The position numbers were made by a program, and so were the translations under genes. Shown in pieces: positions 22,966 through 35,694 of a stretch of DNA of 64,000 bases (within the stretch, counting starts at the first letter, position 1; every line of letters starts with the position of its first letter). Source of the DNA: Desulfuromonadales bacterium (GTDB lineage: Bacteria > Desulfobacterota > Desulfuromonadia > Desulfuromonadales > JAWOCM01); assembly GCA_046483795.1 (NCBI GenBank), contig JAWOCM010000080.1, forward strand, positions 27,458-91,457. The letters run 5' to 3'. Under the pieces are notes generated by a model that was given only the letters and a program-made list of their open reading frames with translations, made no database searches and was not told where the DNA came from.

Positions 22966-23615
22966 TGGACGGCTCCAGGCTGCAGCGGGGACTGGCCGCG
23001 CTGGATCTCGCGGTCACACCGCAGCAGGAAGAGCGCCTGATGTTATGTCTCAGAGAACTGCTTCGGTGGAATGAAAAGGTGAACCTGACGTCGATCACCG
23101 ACGAAGATGAGGCGGTCGAGAAGCACATCATCGACTCTTTGACGCTGCTGCCCCATCTTGGAGAAAACAGCAGTCTTCTCGATATCGGATCGGGGGGAGG
23201 ATTCCCCGGTCTTCCCCTGAAAATCATGAGGCCGGATCTCGAGGTCGTCTCGGTCGATGCCGTCCAGAAGAAAATTCTGTTTCAGCGCCATGTCGCTCGT
23301 CTGTTGAACCTGGAGACCTTTACAGCTGTCCACGGGCGAATCGAATCTCTGTCCGAGAAGGAATCTTTCAGGCAAGGGTTTTCGATGGTCACTTCGCGGG
23401 CCCTGAGCGATATAGAGACCTTTCTCCGGTGGGCGAAGCCTTTTGCAGGTCCGAGGGGCCGGTTTGTCGCCATGAAGGGCAGAGACGGCGAGCAGGAACT
23501 GGAGAAGAGCAGGGAAGCGATGGAAAGGGAAGATATAGAATTGCTCGAAATTGTACGGATCCATCTGCCGTTTTCGGGAAGCCTTCGACACCTTTTGTTC
23601 TTTACGCCAGCCTGA
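22962..23615 (+). CDS. rsmG: 16S rRNA (guanine527-N7)-methyltransferase RsmG (GidB).
   Basis: 217 aa with the SAM motif LLDIGSGGGFPGLPLKI. The likely ATG at 22965 shares its A with the mnmG TGA, and AGGAGG lies upstream. Confidence 0.88.
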   Translation: MMDGSRLQRGLAALDLAVTPQQEERLMLCLRELLRWNEKVNLTSITDEDEAVEKHIIDSLTLLPHLGENSSLLDIGSGGGFPGLPLKIMRPDLEVVSVDAVQKKILFQRHVARLLNLETFTAVHGRIESLSEKESFRQGFSMVTSRALSDIETFLRWAKPFAGPRGRFVAMKGRDGEQELEKSREAMEREDIELLEIVRIHLPFSGSLRHLLFFTPA

Positions 23616-23763
23616 ATCTCAAGATATGGTGTTTGGCTGTAGGAACAACCCAACCTGTGGCATTGTTTTATGGGCCTGAAAACAGGGAAGAAATTGTCTT
23701 TTCAGTCCGGGCATTCTCGTGCTAATCTTCCGGCTTCCGCTTACTGAGTGAAGGAGGGACATC

Positions 23764-24558
23764 ATGGGTCATATTCTGGCCATTGCCAACCAGAAAGGCG
23801 GAGTCGGGAAAACGACGACCGCCGTCAACCTGGCTGCTTCCCTGGCGGTCGCAGAGAAACGCACACTGCTGGTCGACATGGATCCACAGGGCAATGCCGG
23901 AAGCGGCGTCGGACTGGACAAGGACGCTCTGGAGGTCACCATATATCACGCTCTGCTCGGAGAAGCCTCCACCCGTGAAGTTCTCCTGGAGACCGATCTT
24001 CAACACCTTCATGTCCTGCCGGCGACAACCGACTTGATCGGTGCCGAAATCGAACTTATACAGTCCTTTGCGCGGGAGCGAAAGCTCGAGGGAGTTCTTG
24101 AGGATGTTCGAGATGAATACGACTATATCATCATCGACTGCCCTCCATCCCTTGGACTGCTGACTGTTAATTCTTTGACTGCGGCAGATACGGTTCTGGT
24201 CCCCCTTCAGTGCGAGTACTTTGCAATGGAAGGGCTCAGCGAGTTGATGAAGACCATTGCGCTGATCCAGAGAGATCTCAATAGGAATTTGAAAATGGCG
24301 GGAGTTCTCTTGACCATGTTCGACAGCCGCAACAATCTCTCGCATCAGGTCAGCGAGGAGATCCGGAACCACTTCTCCGGCGGTCGGGTCTTCAATGTCG
24401 TCATCCCCCGCAATGTGAGGTTGTCGGAGGCGCCCAGCCACGGTGTGCCAGTTCTTTTGTATGACGTATCCTCCCGGGGCGCCAAGTCTTATCTGGAGCT
24501 TGCCCGGGAAATTATCGAAATAGGAGAGGAATATGGCGAAGCATCAAGCGCTGGGTAA
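23764..24558 (+). CDS. parA: Chromosome partitioning ATPase ParA/Soj.
   Basis: 264 aa with the deviant Walker A motif NQKGGVGKTTTAVNL. Confidence 0.92.
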   Translation: MGHILAIANQKGGVGKTTTAVNLAASLAVAEKRTLLVDMDPQGNAGSGVGLDKDALEVTIYHALLGEASTREVLLETDLQHLHVLPATTDLIGAEIELIQSFARERKLEGVLEDVRDEYDYIIIDCPPSLGLLTVNSLTAADTVLVPLQCEYFAMEGLSELMKTIALIQRDLNRNLKMAGVLLTMFDSRNNLSHQVSEEIRNHFSGGRVFNVVIPRNVRLSEAPSHGVPVLLYDVSSRGAKSYLELAREIIEIGEEYGEASSAG

Positions 24559-25390
24559 GGGCATAGGAGCGCTGCTGACCAGTGCAAGCCAGGAGGGCAA
24601 TCGCAAATATTTTCTCTGTCCGATCGAGGACCTCCGTCCCCACCATAAGCAGCCTCGCAAAAGTTTCAACGATAATAAACTTCGAGAACTCACGGACTCG
24701 ATTCGGGAAAAAGGCATTATCCAGCCTCTGGTGGTGCGCCGCGGCGAAGACCACTATCAGATAATCGCCGGCGAGCGTCGGTGGCGTGCTGCGCAAAAGG
24801 CCGGACTCAAGGACGTGCCGGTGGTTATCCAGGATGTTACCGAGGACTGGGCCCTGGAGATGGCCCTGATCGAAAACATCCAGAGGGAGGACCTCAATCC
24901 TATCGAAGAGGCAGAGGCCTATCGAAACCTTGTTGAAGATTTCGATCTGACCCAGGATGAGGTATCGAAAAGGGTCGGCAAGGATCGTTCGACCATTACG
25001 AATTCATTGCGTCTTCTCCGCCTGCCCGCAAAGGTTCGAGAGGATGTCATGGGCGGGCGCCTGAGCATGGGACATGCCCGATCGCTGCTGGGACTCGAAG
25101 ACGAGGACGATATTCTCGAGGCGCGAAGCCAGGTCGTGGCCAAAAAGCTTTCGGTCCGCGAGACCGAGGCGCTGATAAAGAAAATAAAATCGTTCGGCGT
25201 ACAGGCCAAACCCAAGCCGAAAGCGAAAGAGGAGCTAACGCCGGAGTTGGCCGATCTGGAGAGTCGCCTCAAGCAGGCGGTGGGAACCCAGGTGCGACTC
25301 CATCCCAAAGGCAAGGGCGGGAAAATAGAGATCGCCTACTATTCGCCGGAAGATCTCGATCGGCTTATGGATATTCTTGGTGTTTCCTGA
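24533..25390 (+). CDS. parB: Chromosome partitioning protein ParB/Spo0J.
   Basis: 285 aa with the ParB box GERRWRAA and an HTH region. It overlaps the parA 3' end by 26 nt. Confidence 0.92.
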   Translation: MAKHQALGKGIGALLTSASQEGNRKYFLCPIEDLRPHHKQPRKSFNDNKLRELTDSIREKGIIQPLVVRRGEDHYQIIAGERRWRAAQKAGLKDVPVVIQDVTEDWALEMALIENIQREDLNPIEEAEAYRNLVEDFDLTQDEVSKRVGKDRSTITNSLRLLRLPAKVREDVMGGRLSMGHARSLLGLEDEDDILEARSQVVAKKLSVRETEALIKKIKSFGVQAKPKPKAKEELTPELADLESRLKQAVGTQVRLHPKGKGGKIEIAYYSPEDLDRLMDILGVS

Positions 25391-25443
25391 CCCCCAAAAC
25401 GGCCTTATCTTATAAAAATACTGTTTCCAGGCTGGAGGAGAAT

Positions 25444-25833
25444 ATGTCGAAAAAGGAAAAACCGGTCGAACGTTCCGATATCAAGGCCTTTCTCGGTCCG
25501 GGAAGCCAGTTCGAAGGCACCCTGGTCTTTGATGAGGTCGTCCGGATGGACGGCGTCTTCCGTGGGGAGGTGACATCCAAGGACACCCTTGTCGTCGGGG
25601 AAAGCGCAGATATTCAGGCGGAAGTCAGTGTCGGGACTTTTATCCTGAGTGGCCGATTCAAAGGCAATATCAAGGCGGCCAGCCGCGTTGAACTGCGAGC
25701 GCCGGCAAAAGTCGACGGAACCATCGAAACGCCGACCCTCTTGATCGAGGAGGGGGTTCTTTTCAACGGAAATTTATCGATGGGAGGTGCAGCCACCGGC
25801 GGTGAAAAGTCAGCGGAAAAAGCCGAGGGATGA
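25444..25833 (+). CDS. Bactofilin (DUF583/CcmA family cytoskeletal protein).
   Basis: 129 aa. The beta-helical repeat pattern (G.L.F...V..DG.F.GEV......VVGE.A...A.V) is typical of bactofilins, and there is a short disordered C-terminal tail. Confidence 0.85.
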   Translation: MSKKEKPVERSDIKAFLGPGSQFEGTLVFDEVVRMDGVFRGEVTSKDTLVVGESADIQAEVSVGTFILSGRFKGNIKAASRVELRAPAKVDGTIETPTLLIEEGVLFNGNLSMGGAATGGEKSAEKAEG

Positions 25834-25956
25834 GACATAAAAGCAATCCTGAAGATGCCGGTGGAGGAAGACGATAAGAGCCTTGACAATTGACTGGACT
25901 GTGTGATAGCAATAGCCTGCTTTTCCGGGGGTATTTTTTTTGTGATTGTCAAGGAT

Positions 25957-25969
25957 GTATACAGTATAC
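25957..25969. promoter_or_regulatory. GTATAC-N-GTATAC dyad upstream of the ATP synthase operon.
   Basis: GTATACAGTATAC lies 40 nt upstream of the atp b' GTG start. It has the same core as the operator-like palindrome in the GntR gene promoter at 34121-34133. Confidence 0.4.
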
Positions 25970-26008
25970 CATGGGAAGGATTCGCCCCATGGCAGAAGAG
26001 GTGTTGCT

Positions 26009-26434
26009 GTGATCGAAATTAATTCAACAATATTCTGGCAATTCGCCAATTTCCTGGCCTTGCTGTTGATTCTCAATGTCGTGCTTTATCGCCCATTGCG
26101 GAACACCATCAAGGAAAGGGCTGAGACCATCGACGGGGCTCGCGAGCGGGCCAGAAAGCTGGAAGTCGATATCCAGGAGAAGATGGCCCGATATCAGGAG
26201 CAGTTGGAAGAAGCCAAGCGAGAAGCTGGCAAGGAAAGAGCCGAGATGCGCGCGGAGGCGAGCCGCAAGGAGAACGAAATCCTGGGTGAAGCTCGTGAAA
26301 AAACGGCTGATTATGTCCAGAAAATCCGCAGCCAGGTGAGCGCCGATGCCGAACAGGCAGGCAAGAAACTGGAAGATGATGCCCGCACCATGGCTGAAAT
26401 GGTTGCCACCAAGGTGCTGGGAAGGAAGCTCTGA
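26009..26434 (+). CDS. F0F1 ATP synthase subunit b' (b-prime).
   Basis: An N-terminal TM segment (FWQFANFLALLLILNVVLY) is followed by a long charged coiled coil. I prefer the GTG at 26009 with AGAGG 7 nt upstream; the tracked ORF starts at 25946. Confidence 0.75.
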   Translation: MIEINSTIFWQFANFLALLLILNVVLYRPLRNTIKERAETIDGARERARKLEVDIQEKMARYQEQLEEAKREAGKERAEMRAEASRKENEILGEAREKTADYVQKIRSQVSADAEQAGKKLEDDARTMAEMVATKVLGRKL

Positions 26435-26435
26435 T

Positions 26436-27034
26436 ATGGATATGTGTAATAAAGGGAGCCACAAAACGGCAATGAAAGCGGTTCTTTTGTCGATAATGCT
26501 GATTCTGGTTTCTTCTTCCGTCTGGGCGGCGGCCAACGGGGGCCATGCTGATGGCGGCGCGGTAATGAAGGACTTTTTCTGGCGTTGCCTGAATTTTGCC
26601 GTCCTTGTTGCAATATTGGCCTATTTCGTCACCAAGCCGATCAAAAGGGGACTTGCCGGGCGCACCGACTCAATTGAAAAAAATCTCGCGGAAGCTCGTG
26701 AAGCCCAAAAAGAAGCGGAAGCCAAGTTCTCTGAATATGACGAGAAACTGAAACAGGCATCGGCAGAAATCGATGATATCTACTCCTCAATAAAGCGTGA
26801 GGGGGAGATGGAGCGAGATCGTATCATCGAGAGCGCAGAGATGGTTGCCTCCAAGATGGAAAAAGAGGCCGAAAGAACTGCCGAAGTGGAAGTCGCCAAA
26901 GCCAAGGCCGAGTTGCAGGACAAGGCTGTCAACCTTGCCATTGAAATCGCCGAAGATATCCTTGAAAAGAATTTCACCACCGAGGATCACTCGCGTTTGG
27001 TGGATGAATACAAGCAAAAGGTGGGAGAGCTACA

Positions 27035-27038
<4 letters not shown>
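26436..27038 (+). CDS. atpF: F0F1 ATP synthase subunit b.
   Basis: A TM segment (FFWRCLNFAVLVAILAYFV) is followed by a coiled coil. The ATG at 26436 is 1 nt after the b' stop, with GGAAGGAAG upstream. An alternative ATG is at 26472; the tracked ORF starts at 26346. Confidence 0.75.
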
Positions 27039-29096
<2,058 letters not shown>

Positions 29097-29127
29097 GCCC
29101 CAACGATCAGCGTTAAGGATTTGATCG

Positions 29128-31457
<2,330 letters not shown>

Positions 31458-31513
31458 AGACTCGAAACGGCGGCGCCATCCGGTTGTCGCCGGTTCAGTG
31501 AAGGAATTTTTTC

Positions 31514-31924
31514 ATGGCTGAAAAACTGCAACTCGAACTGGTCACTCCTTACCGCAGGGTGTTGTCCGAAGAGGTTGAAGAAGTCAACGCTCCCGGAGTC
31601 TCCGGCGAATTCGGGATACTCCCCGGCCACACGCCCTTGCTGACGACCCTCAGTATCGGCGAGCTGGTCTACAAGCAGGGCGGCGAGTCGTTTCACGTGG
31701 CTGTCAACTGGGGCTATGTTGAGGTCGAGTCGGACAAGGTGACGGTTCTGGTCGAAACGGCGGAGCGCTCAGACGAAATCGACCTCGAACGGGCCAAGGC
31801 CGCCCTTGGCCGGGCCGAAGAGGCTTTGAAAAAACTCAGCCCCGAAGAGAAGGATTTCAAGGTCATGGAAGCCGCCCTCGATCGGGCCATGATCCGTATC
31901 CAGGTGGCTTCCAAGGGAAGATAA
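31514..31924 (+). CDS. atpC: F0F1 ATP synthase subunit epsilon.
   Basis: 136 aa, typical epsilon with an N-terminal beta-sandwich and a C-terminal helical hairpin. Confidence 0.92.
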   Translation: MAEKLQLELVTPYRRVLSEEVEEVNAPGVSGEFGILPGHTPLLTTLSIGELVYKQGGESFHVAVNWGYVEVESDKVTVLVETAERSDEIDLERAKAALGRAEEALKKLSPEEKDFKVMEAALDRAMIRIQVASKGR

Positions 31925-31955
31925 ACCCATACGAAACATATAGTTTTAAAGACAA

Positions 31956-31986
31956 GGGGCGGTCCACAGCGGATCGCCCTTTTTTT
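31956..31986 (+). terminator. Intrinsic terminator of the atp operon.
   Basis: GGGGCGGTCC-acagc-GGATCGCCC followed by TTTTTTT. Confidence 0.6.
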
Positions 31987-32015
31987 GTCGATCCGATTAT
32001 CGTAGAGTGCCGCCT

Positions 32016-33191
32016 ATGAGGAAAACAATTCTGCATCTTGACCTCGATGCTTTCTATGCCGCCGTGGAGCAGCTCGACAATCCCGCCCTCCGAGGTCGAC
32101 CGGTTATCGTCGGCGGTCACAATGGGCGCGGGGTTGTCAGTGCAGCCTCCTATGAGGCAAGGGCCTACGGGGTTCACTCAGCTATGCCGATGGGCCGGGC
32201 AGCAAAGCTGTGTCCGACGGCCACCATCCTTTCAGGTCGAATGGAGAGGTATCGTGACCTCTCCCGGCAGGTGTTCGCTGTTTATGAGGAATTCACTGAT
32301 CACATTGAACACCTTTCCATCGATGAGGCGTTTCTCGATGTGACAGGAAGCAAACAGTTATTCGGAACCGGGCGGCAGATAGGACAGACAATTCGCGATC
32401 GGGTTCGAAAGAAGACGGGATTGACGGTCAGTGCCGGGGTGTCTTTCAATAAATTTCTCGCAAAAATGGCTTCGGACCGTTCCAAACCGGACGGGATCCT
32501 CGAAGTTTGGAGTGATCAGGTCGAGGAGTTCCTCCATCCCCTGCCGGTTTCAGAACTGTGGGGGATCGGGAAGGTCGGCGCCGGCAGGCTGGAACAATAT
32601 GGGATCCTGAAAGTTGCAGATGTTGTCAAGGTCGACGAGGGCAGACTCAAGCAGCTGCTGGGGAACAAGACGGGGGAACAGATATGGCGGCTTGCCCGGG
32701 GGATCGATGAGCGAGAGGTGGTACCGGAAGAGGGGGAAAAATCGATCGGAGCCGAAAAAACATTTCTTCAGGACCTTTACACCGCAGCGGCTCTTGAAAA
32801 AGCGATATTGGTGCTTGCAGAAGAAGTCGGCCATCGGATAAGAGCGAAAAAATACAGGGGGCGTTGCGTCACCCTGAAGGTGAGATATGACGATTTTACA
32901 ACCGTCACCCGAAGTCAGACCCAGACCAGGGGGTTGAGAACAACGGAAGGGATTTATCATGCCGCACGCGAGTTGCTTGGGAGAGCATCCGCCAGAAACA
33001 GGCCGGTGCGCCTGTTGGGAATTACCCTGAGTCTGTTGGAAGGGGAGGCAGCGGGCCAGGTTGAACTGTTTGCAGATCAGCAGGAGGTGCGTCTGGGGCA
33101 GCTCGACGAAGCTGTGGATGAGTTGCGACGTCGGTTTGGAGCCGACGGGGTTCTGCGAGGTTCCTTGATGGATGAGCGATCAAAAGAATGA
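32016..33191 (+). CDS. dinB: DNA polymerase IV (Y-family).
   Basis: The N-terminus MRKTILHLDLDAFYAAVEQ and SIDEAFLDV are catalytic motifs. I prefer the ATG at 32016; the tracked ORF starts with GTG at 32007. Confidence 0.9.
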   Translation: MRKTILHLDLDAFYAAVEQLDNPALRGRPVIVGGHNGRGVVSAASYEARAYGVHSAMPMGRAAKLCPTATILSGRMERYRDLSRQVFAVYEEFTDHIEHLSIDEAFLDVTGSKQLFGTGRQIGQTIRDRVRKKTGLTVSAGVSFNKFLAKMASDRSKPDGILEVWSDQVEEFLHPLPVSELWGIGKVGAGRLEQYGILKVADVVKVDEGRLKQLLGNKTGEQIWRLARGIDEREVVPEEGEKSIGAEKTFLQDLYTAAALEKAILVLAEEVGHRIRAKKYRGRCVTLKVRYDDFTTVTRSQTQTRGLRTTEGIYHAARELLGRASARNRPVRLLGITLSLLEGEAAGQVELFADQQEVRLGQLDEAVDELRRRFGADGVLRGSLMDERSKE

Positions 33192-33956
33192 CGTAAGCGC
33201 ACTGCGGGAGATCAGGGAATCGTCGATGGAGCCGTTCTCGAGCGTCATGGACGGCGTACTCTCTAGGCTGTTCAGCTGCGAGAAGAGCTTAGAAAAGTTG
33301 AACAGACCCTGCCCGACCGGTAGATGGTCGTCGCGTTCACCGTTATTATCGTGCAGGTGCAGGTGCATGAGAAAAGGGCTCATCTGCTCAAGCCAGTTTT
33401 GGAGGGAGGTCGCGCCGAAGAGTTGATAGTGCCCCACATCGAGGCAGAAACCGAAACCGGGCGCTGAGAGGTCGCTGAGAAGATCGAGCAGAGGACGTGG
33501 ATGGCGATCAAAAACGTTCTCCAGAGCTATCGGCAGATGGAGATCGCCAGCCTGCTTCAGAAATGGCGGCCAGAATTCGAGCGCCCTTTCAAGCCAGAGT
33601 TCCCCGTGAAACCCGTAGCGCCAGGGATCGTAGCCGGGATGAACCACCACCAGTTGCGCCCCGATTTGGTGGGCACACTCGATAGTCTGACGGAGCCTTT
33701 CTGCAGTGACCTGGACCACCAGAGGTTCCAGCGAGCCCGGGTTGAGGTCGTTGTAAGGAGCATGAACTGTCAGCTTGAGCCCTGCATCGGCCAGCCGCTT
33801 TCCTGTGACGGCAAGCCGGGCAATATCGAGCCGATCGAGATCCGGACCTGTGAAGCCGATCTCAGGCTGGATGCGTTCTTCTATAAGCCGCTCAAGGGCA
33901 GATTCAAGAGAGGAAAACGGAACTTGAATGAACACTGACCTGCTGTTGAAATTCAT
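33180..33956 (-). CDS. Sugar phosphate isomerase/epimerase (xylose isomerase-like TIM barrel, AP endonuclease 2 fold).
   Basis: 258 aa with VHAPY, VVVHPG, ALEN and HLHLHDN metal-ligand-like blocks characteristic of this fold. It converges on dinB with a 12-nt overlap. Confidence 0.72.
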   Translation of the reverse strand: MNFNSRSVFIQVPFSSLESALERLIEERIQPEIGFTGPDLDRLDIARLAVTGKRLADAGLKLTVHAPYNDLNPGSLEPLVVQVTAERLRQTIECAHQIGAQLVVVHPGYDPWRYGFHGELWLERALEFWPPFLKQAGDLHLPIALENVFDRHPRPLLDLLSDLSAPGFGFCLDVGHYQLFGATSLQNWLEQMSPFLMHLHLHDNNGERDDHLPVGQGLFNFSKLFSQLNSLESTPSMTLENGSIDDSLISRSALTSFF

Positions 33957-34108
33957 GTTCCTCCGGTCAATTTAATTTCGGGTCATGGAGAAAGGATGCG
34001 GCGCAACCCGTGAGTTTAGATGCCTTGATGATAGGCTCGAAAAAATGAAAAAACAAGGCCTCAGAATTTGAAGAAGGGACGGATGGGAGCCCAGGAAACA
34101 AAAAATTC

Positions 34109-34136
34109 TTGACAACTATTGTATACTGTATACAAT
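34109..34136 (+). promoter_or_regulatory. Sigma70-type promoter of the GntR gene with an embedded palindromic operator.
   Basis: TTGACA (34109-34114), a 16-nt spacer, then TACAAT (34131-34136). The perfect palindrome TTGTATAC-T-GTATACAA (34119-34135) spans the spacer and the -10 element. Confidence 0.6.
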
Positions 34137-34155
34137 CGCAGCACTATGTAATGGA

Positions 34156-34878
34156 ATGGAGATCGGTTTGAAAAAAAAGCCTATCGAAAAACATCAGACG
34201 CTGCGCGAGAAAATTCTCGAAACGATGAGGGAAGCGATCATCAAGGGGACCCTCAAGCCGGGAGAAAAGGTTGCTGAACCAGAGCTGGCTGAGAGATTCG
34301 GCATCAGCCGGACACCGATCCGGGAAGCGTTCAGGCAACTCGAATCGGAAGGGTATCTGACGGTAATACCCCGGAAGGGCGCAGTGGTGACAGGTCTTTC
34401 CGAGCGGGACGTGGAGGAGTTTTACGCCATAAAAAGCATTCTCGAGGGCTATGCAGCCCGGATGGCCGCCGAGAAGCTCACAGAAAAGGAACTTCAACGC
34501 CTTGAAACCATCAACGAGCGTCTCGAGAAGCTTGCCGAAGAGGGCGATGTCAAAACCTTTTTCCGCGTCCACAGCGAGTTTCATGAACTCTTTATCCGCG
34601 CAGCAGGAAACGAAAAGCTTGCCGAACTGATCGACCAGGTGGGCAGGCGGTTCAACCGCCTGCGCATGGCCTCGCTCTCGCTCCCCGGGCGCATGGATAT
34701 CTCGGTGCAGGAACACAAAAAAATCATCGACGCTTTTCGTGACCGTAACGGTGAAGCAGCTGACAATCTGGTCAAGAAGACTGCGACAATAGGTGCCCAG
34801 GTGCTCATCGAAAGCATGGCGAACGAGCAGGGGCGGCAAGTCCGAAATTCGGTCGTTTCCAGGATTGTCGACGTTTGA
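34156..34878 (+). CDS. GntR-family transcriptional regulator, FadR subfamily (FCD domain).
   Basis: 240 aa with the winged-HTH block EPELAERFGISRTPIREAFRQLESEGYL and an all-helical C-terminal FCD-like domain. Confidence 0.87.
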   Translation: MEIGLKKKPIEKHQTLREKILETMREAIIKGTLKPGEKVAEPELAERFGISRTPIREAFRQLESEGYLTVIPRKGAVVTGLSERDVEEFYAIKSILEGYAARMAAEKLTEKELQRLETINERLEKLAEEGDVKTFFRVHSEFHELFIRAAGNEKLAELIDQVGRRFNRLRMASLSLPGRMDISVQEHKKIIDAFRDRNGEAADNLVKKTATIGAQVLIESMANEQGRQVRNSVVSRIVDV

Positions 34879-34899
34879 TTCCACCCCACAAAGAGAATA

Positions 34900-34933
34900 C
34901 AACACCCGCCCGCCCGGCGGGTGTTGCTGTTTG
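34900..34933 (+). terminator. Intrinsic terminator after the GntR gene.
   Basis: CAACACCCGCC-cgccc-GGCGGGTGTTG followed by CTGTTT. Confidence 0.6.
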
Positions 34934-35020
34934 AGGGACAACGAGCCGGGCATTGCATTTGCCCTACCATTGTGGGATAGTGCCCCGCGCATCATCTCTC
35001 ATTTTTAAAAGGAGCGACAA

Positions 35021-35599
35021 ATGAAAACCAGAATGATCCTGGTGCTGATCATGGTCTTCGCAGTGACAACCCCGGTCTGGGCCACCACGTTCGATATCAA
35101 CTTTAATGACGACAGTGCCCAGGCGCAAGTTGATCTGACCCTAAACAGGGATCAGTACGGCTCGTCGAGCTTCAACGGGCGCTTTCTCTATAACGACAAC
35201 GATGATACAGAGCTCGGCTCGATCGGCCTGCGCTTTCGAGGTGAGCCGGGGAACGTCCCCGGACTTGATCTGGGTGTTGGTGCGCAGATGTATGGTGGCA
35301 ATGCCGGAGAGATAAACTCCGTTGACATCGGGGGTATCGGCGTCGGAGGGCTGTTCGGGTATGCCCCGCCGCATCTCAACGGGCTCGGATTCGATGGACG
35401 TCTGGTTTATGTTCCGGAAGTCTTTTCCTTTTTCGACACCGAACGGGTCGTTGAAGCGGCTCTTCGGATGTTCTTCGCGATAACTCCCCGGATCAAAATT
35501 CACGCCGAGTACCAGAACATCGGCATCAAGATAGAGGATCGTTCCGGAACCCATACCATTGATGAGGAAGTGCGATTCGGATTCACGGGCAGGTTTTAG
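35021..35599 (+). CDS. Secreted protein, putative small outer-membrane beta-barrel (YfaZ-like).
   Basis: 192 aa with a signal peptide (MKTRMILVLIMVFAVTTPVWA), alternating Gly/aromatic-rich strands and a C-terminal GFTGRF ending in Phe (OMP signature). The family assignment is tentative. Confidence 0.5.
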   Translation: MKTRMILVLIMVFAVTTPVWATTFDINFNDDSAQAQVDLTLNRDQYGSSSFNGRFLYNDNDDTELGSIGLRFRGEPGNVPGLDLGVGAQMYGGNAGEINSVDIGGIGVGGLFGYAPPHLNGLGFDGRLVYVPEVFSFFDTERVVEAALRMFFAITPRIKIHAEYQNIGIKIEDRSGTHTIDEEVRFGFTGRF

Positions 35600-35636
35600 A
35601 GGGACGAAAGAGCACAGAGAAACGGGGAGAAAATGG

Positions 35637-35676
35637 AAAAGCCCTGCCGGACGCGCTTCGGCGGGGCTTTTGTTTT
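35637..35676. terminator. Terminator hairpin between convergent genes.
   Basis: AAAAGCCCTGCCG-gacgcgctt-CGGCGGGGCTTTTGTTTT, with one G-U pair in the stem. Confidence 0.45.
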
Positions 35677-35694
35677 GGCACTGTCCGTAGGGTG

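Noticed and set aside
25883-25918. Promoter call for the atp operon.
   Set aside because: Good -35 hexamers exist (TTGACA at 25883, TTGACT at 25890), but the matching -10 candidates (TAGCAA, TAGCCT) are weak and ambiguous. I did not list it as a feature and only mention it as context for the GTATAC dyad.
34144-34995. 283-aa minus-strand ORF over the GntR locus.
   Set aside because: The plus-strand GntR reading has a clear wHTH, its own promoter and operator, and a terminator. The minus ORF has none of these.
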